Positions 7,327-18,975 of a stretch of 28,906 nt of DNA are shown here, in pieces. This DNA comes from a virus (lineage: Duplodnaviria > Heunggongvirae > Uroviricota > Caudoviricetes), in the IMG/VR virus record IMGVR_UViG_2548876943_000002, positions 1 to 28,906 of that record; one strand, 5' to 3'. The first letter of the stretch is position 1. The number at the start of each line of letters is the position of its first letter. The position numbers and the translations under genes are program-made. The notes under the pieces were generated by a model. That model was given only the letters and a program-made list of their open reading frames with translations, ran no database searches and was not told the DNA's origin.

Positions 7327-9453
7327 ATGGCAGAGACATTAGAGAAAAAACATGAGCGGATCATGCTCAGGTTTGACCGCGCCTATTCTCCACAGCAGGA
7401 AGTGCGCGAAAAGTGCATTGAAGCTACGAGGTTTGCTCGTGTCCCCGGAGGTCAATGGGAAGGAGCAACGGCGGCTGGAACTAAGCTTGATGAGCAGTTC
7501 GAGAAGTATCCTAAGTTTGAAATCAATAAGGTAGCAACTGAACTTAACCGCATCATTGCAGAATACCGCAATAACAGAATCACTGTTAAGTTTCGTCCTG
7601 GTGACAGAGAGGCAAGCGAAGAGTTAGCCAATAAATTAAATGGTCTGTTCCGTGCTGACTACGAAGAAACTGATGGCGGTGAGGCTTGCGATAATGCATT
7701 TGACGACGCTGCTACTGGTGGTTTCGGTTGCTTCCGTTTGACGTCGATGCTGGTCAATGAATACGACCCCATGGACGATCGTCAGCGTATTGCTATTGAA
7801 CCAATATACGACCCGTCGCGCTCTGTGTGGTTTGACCCTGACGCTAAGAAGTACGACAAATCTGACGCGTTGTGGGCGTTCTGCATGTATTCGTTGTCAC
7901 CTGAAAAATATGAGGCTGAATACGGAAAGAAACCTCCTGCTTCACTGGATGTAACGTCTATTACCAGTTGGGAATATGACTGGTTTGATGCAGATGTTAT
8001 TTACATAGCGAAGTATTACGAAGTTCGTAAAGAGTCTGTTGACGTCATCAGTTATCGACATCCAATCACTGGAGAGATTGCAACATACGACAGTGATCAG
8101 GTCGAAGATATTGAAGATGAATTGGCAATAGCTGGATTTCAGGAAGTTGCAAGGCGCTCAGTGAAGCGACGTCGTGTGTATGTATCAGTAGTGGATGGTG
8201 ATGGTTTCCTTGAGAAACCTAGACGTATCCCTGGTGAGCATATCCCCCTCATCCCGGTTTATGGAAAACGCTGGTTCATTGATGACATTGAGCGTGTCGA
8301 AGGGCACATTGCAAAAGCAATGGATCCACAGCGTTTGTACAACATTCAGGTTTCAATGCTGGCTGATACTGCAGCGCAAGACCCCGGTCAGATACCTATA
8401 GTTGGCATGGAGCAAATTCGTGGACTTGAGAAGCACTGGGAGGCTCGCAACAAGAAACGCCCAGCGTTCTTGCCGTTGCGCGAAGTGAGAGATAAATCTG
8501 GCAACATTATCGCTGGAGCTACCCCGGCAGGATATACACAGCCTGCGGTTATGAATCAGGCATTGGCTGCATTACTACAGCAAACCAGTGCAGATATTCA
8601 GGAGGTTACAGGCGGCAGTCAGGCCATGCAGCAGATGCCAAGTAATATTGCTCAGGAAACGGTTAACAACTTGATGAACAGAGCAGATATGGCTTCGTTT
8701 ATCTATCTGGACAATATGGCGAAAAGTCTTAAACGCGCTGGTGAAATATGGCTGTCAATGGCGCGTGAAGTGTACGGTTCAGAGCGTGAAGTGCGCATCG
8801 TTAACGAAGATGGAAGTGATGATATCGCTGTCCTGAGCGCACAGGTTGTTGACAGGCAAACAGGGGCTGTTGTTGCGTTAAATGACCTTTCTGTCGGTCG
8901 ATACGATGTGACGGTTGATGTTGGACCAAGCTACACATCACGACGTGATGCAACGGTTTCTGTACTGACAAATGTCCTTAGCTCTATGCTTCCAACAGAC
9001 CCAATGCGCCCGGCAATTCAGGGTATTATTCTGGACAATATCGATGGCGAAGGCCTTGATGACTTCAAAGAGTACAACCGAAACCAACTGTTGATATCTG
9101 GTATTGCAAAACCACGCAATGAGAAAGAGCAGCAGATTGTTCAACAGGCGCAAATGGCAGCACAAAGCCAGCCAAATCCTGAAATGGTTCTCGCTCAGGC
9201 GCAAATGGTAGCAGCGCAGGCAGAAGCGCAAAAAGCAACTAACGAAACTGCTCAAACTCAAATCAAAGCATTTACTGCCCAGCAGGATGCGATGGAGAGT
9301 CAGGCAAACACTGTCTATAAACTGGCTCAAGCAAGAAACATCGATGACAAAGCGGTGATGGAGGCAATACGCCTTCTGAAAGATGTCGCCGAGTCACAAC
9401 AACAGCAATTCCAGTCACCACCACAGTCACCGGCAGACTTAATGCCGAGTTAA
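7327..9453 (+). CDS. Portal protein (P22 gp1/Sf6 gp3-like)
   Basis: About 708 aa after terL. Q/A-rich C-terminal barrel segment typical of P22-like portals. ATG at 7327 chosen over the track's non-ATG start at 7318. Confidence 0.85.
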   Translation: MAETLEKKHERIMLRFDRAYSPQQEVREKCIEATRFARVPGGQWEGATAAGTKLDEQFEKYPKFEINKVATELNRIIAEYRNNRITVKFRPGDREASEELANKLNGLFRADYEETDGGEACDNAFDDAATGGFGCFRLTSMLVNEYDPMDDRQRIAIEPIYDPSRSVWFDPDAKKYDKSDALWAFCMYSLSPEKYEAEYGKKPPASLDVTSITSWEYDWFDADVIYIAKYYEVRKESVDVISYRHPITGEIATYDSDQVEDIEDELAIAGFQEVARRSVKRRRVYVSVVDGDGFLEKPRRIPGEHIPLIPVYGKRWFIDDIERVEGHIAKAMDPQRLYNIQVSMLADTAAQDPGQIPIVGMEQIRGLEKHWEARNKKRPAFLPLREVRDKSGNIIAGATPAGYTQPAVMNQALAALLQQTSADIQEVTGGSQAMQQMPSNIAQETVNNLMNRADMASFIYLDNMAKSLKRAGEIWLSMAREVYGSEREVRIVNEDGSDDIAVLSAQVVDRQTGAVVALNDLSVGRYDVTVDVGPSYTSRRDATVSVLTNVLSSMLPTDPMRPAIQGIILDNIDGEGLDDFKEYNRNQLLISGIAKPRNEKEQQIVQQAQMAAQSQPNPEMVLAQAQMVAAQAEAQKATNETAQTQIKAFTAQQDAMESQANTVYKLAQARNIDDKAVMEAIRLLKDVAESQQQQFQSPPQSPADLMPS

Positions 9454-9466
9454 CCAGGAGTAATCA

Positions 9467-10351
9467 ATGGAAAACGAACTGATCATCGACGGTCAGGTTA
9501 TTGACCTGTCTGAAACACAGGAAAATGCAGAAGAAACCATCATCCAAACAGAGTCACAGCCTGAGAATGAAAGCCAGGATGACAACGGAAAAGAGATGGC
9601 AACTGATCCTGAAAAAACCGAAGAGACACCAGAAGATTACGCCTTGCGTATTGGTGATGAAGAAATTCAGCTTAACGCTGACGATGATGATCACATTGAC
9701 GGGCAACCTGCACCGCAATGGGTGAAAGATCTTCGCAAAGGCTTCAAAGAAACACAGAAAGAAAACCGTGAGTTGCGCCGCCAGCTTGAGGAAGCATTAT
9801 CCAAGCCTGCGGAACATCAGCAACAACAACCAGACGCTATTCCACCAAAACCGACTCTTGAGTCGTGTGATTATGACGAACAGGCGTTTGAACAGGCATT
9901 GACTGATTGGCATGAGAAAAAAGGCCGTGTCGAACAGCAGCAGCAACAAAAACTACGTCAGCAACAGGAATACCAACAGCGTTTCCAGCAAAGGGTAGAA
10001 GCGCATAAACAACGGGCAGCCAAACTTCCTGTGAAAGATTATCAGGAAATGGAGGCCATTGTTCTTAGTGAGCTACCACCAATTCAGCAGGAAATCATCA
10101 TTCACTGTGCAGACGAAGGCTCTGAACTACTCGCCTATGGCTTAGGTAAGAGCCAGCAATTACGCCAGCGTGTAGCCGCTGAGACAGATCCAATTCGCGC
10201 AGCATTCCTCTTGGGGCAGATTAGCAAACAGGTAAGCCTCGCTCCAAAACCAAAGAAAGCCATCAAGCCAGAGCCGGAAGTACGTGGTGGCGGTGCTGAT
10301 GCGAAACAAGACGAATTCAACAAATTATGCCCCGGCGCAAAAATCGAATAA
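9467..10351 (+). CDS. Scaffolding protein
   Basis: 294 aa, highly acidic N-terminus, Q-rich helical middle (QQQQQKLRQQQEYQQRFQQR), between portal and coat genes. Confidence 0.8.
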   Translation: MENELIIDGQVIDLSETQENAEETIIQTESQPENESQDDNGKEMATDPEKTEETPEDYALRIGDEEIQLNADDDDHIDGQPAPQWVKDLRKGFKETQKENRELRRQLEEALSKPAEHQQQQPDAIPPKPTLESCDYDEQAFEQALTDWHEKKGRVEQQQQQKLRQQQEYQQRFQQRVEAHKQRAAKLPVKDYQEMEAIVLSELPPIQQEIIIHCADEGSELLAYGLGKSQQLRQRVAAETDPIRAAFLLGQISKQVSLAPKPKKAIKPEPEVRGGGADAKQDEFNKLCPGAKIE

Positions 10352-10362
10352 GGAAAAGATAA

Positions 10363-11634
10363 ATGCCTAACAATCTCGACAGTAACGTCAGTCAAATCGT
10401 TCTGAAAAAATTCCTTCCGGGTTTTATGTCAGATTTAGTTCTGGCGAAAACCGTAGACCGTCAGTTGCTGGCAGGTGAAATCAACTCCAGCACTGGCGAT
10501 AGCGTTAGCTTTAAACGTCCGCATCAATTCTCATCCCTCCGTACTCCCACTGGTGATATTTCAGGGCAAAATAAAAACAACCTGATCTCAGGTAAAGCTA
10601 CGGGGCGTGTAGGTAACTACATCACTGTTGCTGTTGAATATCAGCAACTGGAGGAAGCGATCAAGCTTAACCAACTGGAAGGAATTCTCGCGCCGGTTCG
10701 CCAGCGAATCGTTACCGACCTTGAAACAGAGCTTGCTCACTTCATGATGAATAACGGTGCGTTGTCACTTGGTAGCCCCAATACTCCAATCACCAAATGG
10801 TCTGATGTTGCGCAGACGGCATCTTTCCTGAAAGACCTCGGCGTTAATGAAGGTGAAAACTATGCTGTAATGGATCCATGGTCTGCACAGCGACTTGCTG
10901 ATGCGCAGACTGGTTTGCACGCTTCAGATCAATTGGTTCGTACTGCATGGGAGAATGCGCAGATCCCAACCAATTTTGGCGGCATTCGCGCACTGATGTC
11001 TAATGGGCTTGCCTCTCGTACGCAGGGGGCATTTGGCGGAACACTGACAGTCAAAACACAGCCAACTGTTACCTATAACGCAGTTAAAGACTCATACCAG
11101 TTCACTGTAACATTGACCGGAGCGACAACCAGCGTTACAGGTTTCCTGAAAGCTGGTGATCAGGTTAAATTCACCAATACCTACTGGCTGCAACAGCAGA
11201 CCAAACAGGCGTTGTATAACGGAGCCACACCAATTAGCTTCACTGCAACGGTTACTGCTGATGCTGATTCAGACGGCAGTGGCGATGTGACGGTTACGCT
11301 TTCTGGTGTTCCGATTTATGACACTACAAACCCGCAGTACAACTCTGTAAGTCGTCAGGTATCGGCAGGCGATGCCGTATCTGTAGTAGGCACTGCTAGC
11401 CAGACAATGAAGCCAAACCTGTTCTATAACAAGTTCTTCTGTGGACTTGGCTCTATCCCACTGCCGAAACTGCACAGTATTGATTCTGCTGTTGCAACAT
11501 ATGAAGGTTTCTCCATCCGCGTACATAAATACGCAGATGGCGATGCCAACGTGCAAAAAATGCGCTTCGACTTACTGCCTGCATATGTGTGCTTTAACCC
11601 TCACATGGGCGGTCAGTTCTTCGGTAATCCGTAA
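10363..11634 (+). CDS. Major capsid (coat) protein, Sf6/P22-type
   Basis: 423 aa, the same length as Sf6 coat protein as recalled. Position after scaffold and followed by a strong terminator hairpin. Confidence 0.85.
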   Translation: MPNNLDSNVSQIVLKKFLPGFMSDLVLAKTVDRQLLAGEINSSTGDSVSFKRPHQFSSLRTPTGDISGQNKNNLISGKATGRVGNYITVAVEYQQLEEAIKLNQLEGILAPVRQRIVTDLETELAHFMMNNGALSLGSPNTPITKWSDVAQTASFLKDLGVNEGENYAVMDPWSAQRLADAQTGLHASDQLVRTAWENAQIPTNFGGIRALMSNGLASRTQGAFGGTLTVKTQPTVTYNAVKDSYQFTVTLTGATTSVTGFLKAGDQVKFTNTYWLQQQTKQALYNGATPISFTATVTADADSDGSGDVTVTLSGVPIYDTTNPQYNSVSRQVSAGDAVSVVGTASQTMKPNLFYNKFFCGLGSIPLPKLHSIDSAVATYEGFSIRVHKYADGDANVQKMRFDLLPAYVCFNPHMGGQFFGNP

Positions 11635-11638
11635 TAAC

Positions 11639-11662
11639 AAGGGGCTTACGCCCCTTTTATGT
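11639..11662 (+). terminator. Intrinsic terminator after the coat gene (AAGGGGC-TTAC-GCCCCTT then TTTAT)
   Basis: Perfect GC-rich hairpin plus T-run read from sequence. Confidence 0.7.
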
Positions 11663-11676
11663 TTTAAGGAAACAAT

Positions 11677-11862
11677 ATGGATCGCATGAGTGTATTCCTT
11701 GCCGCAGATAACGAATCCGGGCATGTACAGGCCGTTATCGCAGAAAAAGACTTCCAGTTTTTCGAAAAGTTGGGCTTTGTTGCCTCAGTTGATGAATTGA
11801 AACCGACCAGTAAGCGAGGTCGTAAGGCGGCAGACAATGGCAACAGTACTGACAAAGGGTGA
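11677..11862 (+). CDS. Small hypothetical protein (61 aa) between coat and gp4-like genes
   Basis: ORF with RBS AAGGA 7 nt upstream of ATG. Overlaps the start of the next gene by 26 nt. Confidence 0.45.
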   Translation: MDRMSVFLAADNESGHVQAVIAEKDFQFFEKLGFVASVDELKPTSKRGRKAADNGNSTDKG

Positions 11863-12319
11863 GATCGTCCTTTTTGCGCTTCGTAAGTTTGCTATTGCTT
11901 CTAACGCATCGCTGACTGATGTTGAGCCGCAATCAATTGAAGATGGTGTAAATGATCTGGAAGATATGATGTCCGAGTGGATGATTAACCCCGGCGACAT
12001 TGGTTACGCTTTCGCAACTGGAGATGATCAGCCATTACCAGATGATGAGTCAGGTCTTCCAAGAAAATACAAACACGCAGTAGGCTATCAGTTATTGCTG
12101 AGAATGCTATCTGATTACAGTCTTGAGCCAACTCCACAAGTTCTCAGTAACGCCCAACGCTCATATGATGCCTTGATGACCGACACTCTGGTTGTTCCTT
12201 CAATGCGACGACGTGGAGATTTTCCTGTAGGACAGGGTAATAAATATGACGTGTTTACATCTGACCGATATTATCCAGGCGATCTCCCTCTGATTGATGG
12301 CGATATCCCAAACGCATAG
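11837..12319 (+). CDS. Head completion / tail adaptor protein (P22 gp4-like)
   Basis: 160 aa; the motif [35 protein letters not shown] parallels P22 gp4 ([36 protein letters not shown]) as recalled. Confidence 0.8.
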   Translation: [160 protein letters not shown]

Positions 12320-12327
12320 GTGAATAA

Positions 12328-13746
12328 ATGCCTATTCAGCAACTTCCGCTTATGAAAGGTGTCGGCAAAGACTTTCGAAACGCCGACTATATCGACTATC
12401 TGCCAGTGAATATGCTGGCTACGCCCAAAGAAATACTCAACAGCAGCGGATATCTTCGCTCATTCCCTGGCATTGCCAAACGCTCTGATGTGAACGGTGT
12501 ATCTCGCGGCGTCGAGTACAACATGGCGCAGAATGCTGTTTATCGCGTATGTGGTGGCAAGTTGTATAAGGGCGAAAGTGAAGTCGGCGATGTCGCCGGA
12601 AGTGGTCGTGTATCAATGGCGCATGGTCGTACATCTCAGGCGGTAGGCGTTAATGGTCAACTGGTCGAGTATCGCTATGATGGCACGGTTAAAACCATCT
12701 CAAACTGGCCTACAGACAGTGGATTTACGCAGTATGAGTTAGGTTCGGTTCGAGACATTACGCGCTTGCGCGGGCGTTATGCGTGGTCAAAAGACGGCAC
12801 TGATTCATGGTTTATCACTGACCTTGAAGACGAATCGCATCCTGACCGCTACAGTGCACAATATCGCGCAGAATCGCAGCCGGACGGCATCATCGGTATC
12901 GGCACATGGCGAGACTTCATCGTCTGCTTTGGTTCATCGACGATTGAGTATTTTTCCCTGACTGGTGCAACCACCGTTGGTGCCGCTTTGTATGTCGCAC
13001 AGCCATCGCTGATGGTGCAGAAAGGTATTGCCGGAACCTACTGTAAAACTCCATTCTCTGATTCTTATGCGTTCATCAGCAATCCGGCAACAGGTGCTCC
13101 GTCTGTATACATCATCGGATCCGGTCAGGTTTCACCAATCGCCAGCGCGAGCATTGAGAAAATTCTCCGCTCCTACACTGCTGATGAACTGGCTGATGGC
13201 GTGATGGAATCGCTGCGATTTGATGCTCATGAGTTGCTGATTATCCACCTCCCGCGCCACGTCCTCGTGTATGACGCATCTTCAAGCGCTAATGGTCCGC
13301 AATGGTGTGTGCTGAAAACAGGCATGTATGACGATGTGTACCGCGCTATCGACTTCATTTACGAAGGCAATCAGATAACGTGCGGCGATAAGCTGGAGTC
13401 CGTGACCGGGAAATTGCAGTTCGATATCAGCAGTCAGTATGGTCTTCAACAGGAACACCTGCTGTTTACTCCGTTGTTCAAAGCGGATAACGCCAGATGC
13501 TTCGATCTGGAGGTGGAATCATCCACTGGCGTAGCTCAGTACGCCGACCGCCTGTTCCTATCGGCAACCACTGACGGCATCAATTACGGGCGTGAGCAGA
13601 TGATTGAGCAGAATGAACCGTTCGTTTATGACAAACGTGTTTTGTGGAAGCGAGTCGGGCGCATCAGGAAAAATGTCGGCTTCAAATTGCGCGTTATCAC
13701 GAAGTCACCTGTCACTCTGTCTGGCTGCCAGATAAGGATTGAGTAA
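12328..13746 (+). CDS. Tail hub protein (P22 gp10-like)
   Basis: 472 aa, the same length as P22 gp10 as recalled; syntenic position. Confidence 0.75.
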   Translation: MPIQQLPLMKGVGKDFRNADYIDYLPVNMLATPKEILNSSGYLRSFPGIAKRSDVNGVSRGVEYNMAQNAVYRVCGGKLYKGESEVGDVAGSGRVSMAHGRTSQAVGVNGQLVEYRYDGTVKTISNWPTDSGFTQYELGSVRDITRLRGRYAWSKDGTDSWFITDLEDESHPDRYSAQYRAESQPDGIIGIGTWRDFIVCFGSSTIEYFSLTGATTVGAALYVAQPSLMVQKGIAGTYCKTPFSDSYAFISNPATGAPSVYIIGSGQVSPIASASIEKILRSYTADELADGVMESLRFDAHELLIIHLPRHVLVYDASSSANGPQWCVLKTGMYDDVYRAIDFIYEGNQITCGDKLESVTGKLQFDISSQYGLQQEHLLFTPLFKADNARCFDLEVESSTGVAQYADRLFLSATTDGINYGREQMIEQNEPFVYDKRVLWKRVGRIRKNVGFKLRVITKSPVTLSGCQIRIE

Positions 13747-14594
13747 TGGCGGATTCGAATCTCAATGTGCCGGTAATCATTCAGGCTACACGACTCGACA
13801 CATCAGTCCTTCCGCGTAATATCTTCTCGCAGTCATATCTGCTGTACGTTATTGCACAGGGTACTGATGTTGGTAATGTGGCTAACAAGGCCAACGAGGC
13901 CGGACAGGGCGCTTATGACGCACAAGTCAGGAACGATGAGCAGGATGTGATTCTCGCTGACCATGAGCAGCGAATTTCTGCTGCGGAAGCAACGCTTGTT
14001 AATCATGAGGAGCGAATCAGCCAGGCAGAATCAACTCTTCAGGAACATGAAGCGCGAATCGCTCAGAATGAAAGCGATATTGCGTCGCTTGATACCAGAG
14101 TTCAGTCGCTGGAATCGCAGGTTTCAGACCATGAAACGCGCATCGATGCTCTTGAGTATGCCACTACGCGCAAGAAGTCAGAGGTTGTTTACTCTGGCGT
14201 ATCTGTAACCATCCCGACAGCGCCGACCAACCTTGTTAGCCTGCTGAAAACGCTCACGCCGTCATCCGGCACGTTGGCACCATTCTTCGATACCGTTAAC
14301 AACAAGATGGTTGTGTTCAACGAGAACAAAACCTTGTTCTTCAAGCTGTCGATCGTCGGGACGTGGCCCAGCGGAACCGCCAACAGGTCAATGCAGCTAA
14401 CCTTTTCCGGCTCTGTTCCTGACACACTGGTAAGCAGTCGCAACTCGGCGACAACGACCGATAACATCCTGTTAGCTACGTTCTTCAGCGTGGATAAAGA
14501 CGGCTTTCTTGCCACAAATGGCAGCACGTTAACCATTCAGTCGAATGGTGCGTCGTTTACTGCCACAACCATCAAGATAATCGCGGAGCAGTAA
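13746..14594 (+). CDS. Tail needle (P22 gp26-like) with Sf6-type C-terminal knob
   Basis: N-terminus [43 protein letters not shown] closely matches the P22 gp26 N-terminus as recalled. Heptad-repeat coiled coil, then a 282-aa total length consistent with a knob-bearing needle. Confidence 0.85.
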   Translation: MADSNLNVPVIIQATRLDTSVLPRNIFSQSYLLYVIAQGTDVGNVANKANEAGQGAYDAQVRNDEQDVILADHEQRISAAEATLVNHEERISQAESTLQEHEARIAQNESDIASLDTRVQSLESQVSDHETRIDALEYATTRKKSEVVYSGVSVTIPTAPTNLVSLLKTLTPSSGTLAPFFDTVNNKMVVFNENKTLFFKLSIVGTWPSGTANRSMQLTFSGSVPDTLVSSRNSATTTDNILLATFFSVDKDGFLATNGSTLTIQSNGASFTATTIKIIAEQ

Positions 14595-15049
14595 TGATTC
14601 AGTTCAAACCAACGCGAAATATCGACCTGATCGAAGCAGTCGGAAATCACCCTGACATTATTGCCGGAAGCAACAACGGTGATGGATACGACTACAAGCC
14701 TGAATGCCGTTACTTTGAGGTTAACGTGTACGGTCAGTTTGGCGGCATTGTTTACTATCAGGAGATTCAGCCGCTGACATTCGATTGCCACGCCATGTAC
14801 CTGCCAGAGGTTCGTGGCTTCAGCAAGGAAATCGGGCTGGCGTTCTGGCGATACATTCTGACTAACACCACCGTTCAGTGCGTCACATCGTTCGCCGCAC
14901 GCAAATTCCGACACGGGCAGATTTACTGCGCAATGATTGGCCTTAAGCGTGTCGGAACCATCAAGAAATACTTCAAAGGCGTGGATGACGTGACTTTTTA
15001 CAGCGCCACACGCGAAGAACTAATCGACTTCCTGAATCACGGGAGATAG
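14594..15049 (+). CDS. Tail/head completion protein (P22 gp14-like)
   Basis: 151 aa, syntenic position; start overlaps the needle stop (TAATG). Confidence 0.65.
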   Translation: MIQFKPTRNIDLIEAVGNHPDIIAGSNNGDGYDYKPECRYFEVNVYGQFGGIVYYQEIQPLTFDCHAMYLPEVRGFSKEIGLAFWRYILTNTTVQCVTSFAARKFRHGQIYCAMIGLKRVGTIKKYFKGVDDVTFYSATREELIDFLNHGR

Positions 15050-15051
15050 CC

Positions 15052-15744
15052 ATGTTATATGCATTTAAGCTGGGCAGAAAGCTGCGCGGCGAGGAACCTT
15101 ATTGCCCTGAAAAAGGCGGGAAAGGTGGCAGCTCTGATAAAAGCGCAAAGTATGCAGCAGAAGCTCAGAAGTATGCCGCAGACCTGCAAAATCAGCAGTG
15201 GCAGACGATCATGAAAAACCTTGCTCCGTTCACGCCGCTTGCGGAGCAGTATGTTAACCAGCTTCAGAATCTTTCCAGTTTAGAAGGTCAGGGGCAGGCA
15301 CTTAATCAGTATTACAATTCTCAGCAGTATAAAGACCTTGCAGGTCAGGCTCGTTACCAGAGTCTTGCTGCTGCGGAGGCGACTGGCGGACTTGGTTCGA
15401 CAGCTACAAGCAATCAACTGGCCACGATTGCCCCGACTCTCGGTCAGTCGTGGTTGTCGAACCAGATGAGCAACTACAACAATCTGGCAAACATTGGCCT
15501 TGGTGCGCTGCAAGGTCAGGCGAACGCCGGGCAGACATACGCCAACAACATGAGCAGCATTGCGCAGCAAAGCGCAGCACTTGCCGCTGCTAACGCCAAT
15601 AAACCATCAGGCCTTCAGACAGCAATTAGTGGCGGAACGTCTGGTGCGATTGCCGGTGCAGGTCTTGCCAGCCTTTTGGGAACATCAACACCTTGGGGCG
15701 CTGGCATTGGTGCTGGTATCGGATTGCTTGGCTCGTTGTTTTAA
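15052..15744 (+). CDS. Ejection (internal virion) protein, P22 gp7-like
   Basis: 230 aa (P22 gp7 is about 229). Q/A-rich with a Gly/Ala-rich hydrophobic C-terminus (GAIAGAGLASLLG...GAGIGAGIGLLGSLF). Confidence 0.7.
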   Translation: MLYAFKLGRKLRGEEPYCPEKGGKGGSSDKSAKYAAEAQKYAADLQNQQWQTIMKNLAPFTPLAEQYVNQLQNLSSLEGQGQALNQYYNSQQYKDLAGQARYQSLAAAEATGGLGSTATSNQLATIAPTLGQSWLSNQMSNYNNLANIGLGALQGQANAGQTYANNMSSIAQQSAALAAANANKPSGLQTAISGGTSGAIAGAGLASLLGTSTPWGAGIGAGIGLLGSLF

Positions 15745-15753
15745 GGGGTAATC

Positions 15754-17130
15754 ATGGCTACTTGGCAAGGATCAAATGGCGGATTGTTAGCTGGTATCGG
15801 CGGCGTCAACTCAAACGCTCCGAGCGTAAATGACATCGGCAATACGCTTCAGCTTATCAGGCAGAACAATGATATTGAGCGTTCAGGCGCTAACAATGTT
15901 GGGCTGACTGCTTTGCAAGGTCTTTCAGGTATTGCAGGGGTGTTTCAGCAGGAAAAGCAGGCTCAGCGGCAGAAAGAATTTCAGCAGGCATACGCTAATG
16001 CTTATGCGTCTGGTGATCGCGGTGCTTTGCGTCAGTTGGCTACTCAATATCCAGACCAGATTGAATCCGTTCGTAAAGGCATGGGATTCATTGATGAAGA
16101 TCAGCGTAATTCTATCGGCACCTTAGCGGCTGGCGCACGCCTTGCGTCATCGTCTCCAGAAGCAATGCAATCATGGCTGCAAAACAACGCCAAGGAACTG
16201 ACTCGAGTCGGTGTTGACCCTAATAACGTTGCTCAGATGTATCAGCAGAATCCTTCAGGATTTGGTGAGTTTGTTGATCACCTTGGAATGTCAGCGCTTG
16301 GTCCTAATGATTATTTCAATGTTCAGGACAAGATGGCTGGTCGTGAGATTGACCGAGGCAGGCTGGCAGAGACAATCCGCAGCAATCAGGCTGGCGAGGC
16401 ACTTCAGGCGAGAGGGCAAAACCTTTCCTATCAGTCAGCAATGACTGGACACGGACTTGCAGCAGAAAGGCTGGCACTTGATAAGCAGAAATTCGGTTTT
16501 GAAGTACAACAGGCACAAAAGAAGGCCGATGAACTTATTAATGCTGCGCCAAAACTATCTGTGAACATGGAAAAGGCTATAGAAAAATCAGCAGGTGATG
16601 CGGCAGCTAGTCGTAATGCTGCCGATTCAATGACAACGCTTGCTGACACGCTTGAGAAGGAGAAGCCAACTCCTGGTTTGTTCGGTAACGCTGAAAATAT
16701 GTTCACTAAGCTTACGGGGCAAGATAACTACCTCCGAGATATGCGGATTAGATTCAACCAACTAGCCAATGCGCAGGCAACAAAGCTTCTCCCTCCCGGC
16801 CCTGCATCAGATAAGGATGTTGAGTTTGCAAGGAAAGGCATTCCAAGCGAAACGGATAATCCAATGGTCATGGCTCGATGGTTAAGGGGGATGGCAAAAA
16901 TGGAAAGTAATAACGCGAAGTTCAACGAGTTTAGGTCAGAGTGGATGAGTGCAAATGGCAGCCCAGGACAATCTGATCGCAACCGAAACATCATGGGGAT
17001 GGATGTTAAGAAGGGTGAATCATTGAACTCTGCGGCAAAACGTTTTCTTTCCTCAAGTTATGGCGATAGCCAACCTCAACAGCAATTGTCCGATGACGAA
17101 TTAATTAGCAAATATCTCGGAGGGCAGTAA
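15754..17130 (+). CDS. Ejection protein, P22 gp20-like
   Basis: 458 aa, syntenic, low-complexity Q/A-rich composition typical of E-proteins. Confidence 0.7.
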   Translation: MATWQGSNGGLLAGIGGVNSNAPSVNDIGNTLQLIRQNNDIERSGANNVGLTALQGLSGIAGVFQQEKQAQRQKEFQQAYANAYASGDRGALRQLATQYPDQIESVRKGMGFIDEDQRNSIGTLAAGARLASSSPEAMQSWLQNNAKELTRVGVDPNNVAQMYQQNPSGFGEFVDHLGMSALGPNDYFNVQDKMAGREIDRGRLAETIRSNQAGEALQARGQNLSYQSAMTGHGLAAERLALDKQKFGFEVQQAQKKADELINAAPKLSVNMEKAIEKSAGDAAASRNAADSMTTLADTLEKEKPTPGLFGNAENMFTKLTGQDNYLRDMRIRFNQLANAQATKLLPPGPASDKDVEFARKGIPSETDNPMVMARWLRGMAKMESNNAKFNEFRSEWMSANGSPGQSDRNRNIMGMDVKKGESLNSAAKRFLSSSYGDSQPQQQLSDDELISKYLGGQ

Positions 17131-18956
17131 TGGCCTATAGTCGTGAACAGTTGATGACGGCGTTAAGGAATGCTGATGCTGCCGGCGATACTGAGGGAGC
17201 ACGTCGCATTGCTCAGATGCTGTCTTCTGGTGATCAATCCACTCAAAACCAATCGCAGCCAGAAGAACAATCTCTGGTGGGAAAAGCTACTGACTGGCTC
17301 ACTGGTGGTCAAAGTGCAGGGCAAATTGCAGAACAGGCTGGTCGTGGTCTGGTAAACATACCATTTGACGTATTGCAGGGTGGCGCAAGTCTGATTAATG
17401 CAATCAGTCAGGGGCTTGGTGGTCCAAAAGTATTGGATGATGTCTATCGTCCAGTCGATCGACCGACAGACCCTTATGCGCAAACTGGAGAAACAATTGG
17501 CGGGTATTTAGTTCCAGGAGTTGGAACGGCAGGAAGCATGGCTATTGGATCACTGGCAGAGGCCGCAAATCAGAAAGGCGATTTCGCACAAAATGCAGCA
17601 AAAAATGCCGGAGTTAACCTTGCCGCTCAGGGGGTTCTTTCCGCAGCAGCAAAGGGAATAGGGCGTGGAATAACGGCTATAAAAGGTGATATTGCGCCAG
17701 AAGTAGCGAAGAAAATTGCCACATCAGAATCGATGGGCGTGACACCAATGACATCTGATGTTATCCCGCCGAAAAATGCTTTCACTCGCGGCCTTACTCA
17801 GGATGCCGAGGGGGCTTTGCTCGGGACAGGCTCAAAGCGAGCGGAGCAATATGCAACGCGTAGTAAGCTGGTAAGCAATTATTTTGACCGTTTTGGTGAG
17901 TACAACCCTGATGATGTGGTGAAATCTCTGACCACCACGTTAAGGGGGCGGAAGGATGCCGCTGGCGCTGTTATCAATGACGTCACCAATAAAATGGGTA
18001 ATGCCGCAGTTGATACCACAAATACCATGAATGCTCTGAATACAGCGATCGCAAGACAGGAACGGCTTGGGACGTCTGCCAATCAAAGCCTGCTTACATC
18101 CTTGCGTAACCTACGTGAAGAATTAGCAAACCCTGCAACTGATTTGGATGTTACGTTTGATCTCTTGCGTCAGCACAGAACAGCATTTAGATCTAATGTT
18201 CAGGGAGATGCTATGGTCTTCCCCAACCAGGCAAAAGCAGCTACCAATATGGTAGAGAATGCAATGTCAAAAGACCTTCGTAACGCAGTTGCAAAAAACC
18301 TCGGTGCGTCAGACGCAGCAAAATACCTTAAAGCAAATTCCGATTATGCAAACGTTTATAATAAGGTGCTTAATAAAAACATTGCCAACAAGCTCAACAA
18401 GGCAAGCAGTGAAGCCAGTCCTGAACTTATAAATACCGTTGTATTAAGCAGAAAACCATCTGACGTGAAACGAATCTGGAGCGCACTGGATGATAAGGGG
18501 AAAGATGCTATGCGTGCAGCTTACGTCAGCAAAATAGCGGAAAAGGCCGGGGACTCTCCAGCCAAGTTCATCACTGAAGTTAATAAGCTGAAATCTCAGT
18601 CAGGCGGTGAAATTTACAACACTATTTTTTCTGGAAAGCACATGAAAGAGCTTGATGCTCTTCATGAAGTTCTACAGCAAACAGCAAGGTCAGACACCGC
18701 AAATGTAGTAACTCAGACGGGGCAATCGCAAGCCAACAGGATAAGGACGATTGGCGCAACTGCGACCCTTGGCGTATCAATGGGGCTTGAGGCTGGTTTT
18801 GGTGCAATGATGCGCTTGTATGAGTCTAAAGCAGCAAGAAACATGCTTCTCCGCCTTGCAAACGTCAAGCCTGGAACTCCGGCATATGAGCGAGCGTTAA
18901 ATCAGGCTGCTAACGCCGTTCGCCCTCTCCTAACTAACGAAGCTACCAGGCAGTAG
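17130..18956 (+). CDS. Ejection protein, P22 gp16-like
   Basis: 608 aa (P22 gp16 is about 609), syntenic; start overlaps gp20-like stop. Confidence 0.7.
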   Translation: MAYSREQLMTALRNADAAGDTEGARRIAQMLSSGDQSTQNQSQPEEQSLVGKATDWLTGGQSAGQIAEQAGRGLVNIPFDVLQGGASLINAISQGLGGPKVLDDVYRPVDRPTDPYAQTGETIGGYLVPGVGTAGSMAIGSLAEAANQKGDFAQNAAKNAGVNLAAQGVLSAAAKGIGRGITAIKGDIAPEVAKKIATSESMGVTPMTSDVIPPKNAFTRGLTQDAEGALLGTGSKRAEQYATRSKLVSNYFDRFGEYNPDDVVKSLTTTLRGRKDAAGAVINDVTNKMGNAAVDTTNTMNALNTAIARQERLGTSANQSLLTSLRNLREELANPATDLDVTFDLLRQHRTAFRSNVQGDAMVFPNQAKAATNMVENAMSKDLRNAVAKNLGASDAAKYLKANSDYANVYNKVLNKNIANKLNKASSEASPELINTVVLSRKPSDVKRIWSALDDKGKDAMRAAYVSKIAEKAGDSPAKFITEVNKLKSQSGGEIYNTIFSGKHMKELDALHEVLQQTARSDTANVVTQTGQSQANRIRTIGATATLGVSMGLEAGFGAMMRLYESKAARNMLLRLANVKPGTPAYERALNQAANAVRPLLTNEATRQ

Positions 18957-18975
18957 AAATGAACGCCAAGGAAGG

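Noticed and set aside
8938-9330. Minus-strand 130-aa ORF inside the portal gene
   Set aside because: Antisense shadow ORF within a confidently called structural gene; Cys/Leu-rich composition typical of out-of-frame translation.
14189-14914. Minus-strand ORFs (115 and 125 aa) overlapping the needle and gp14-like genes
   Set aside because: Antisense to syntenic, homology-supported genes.
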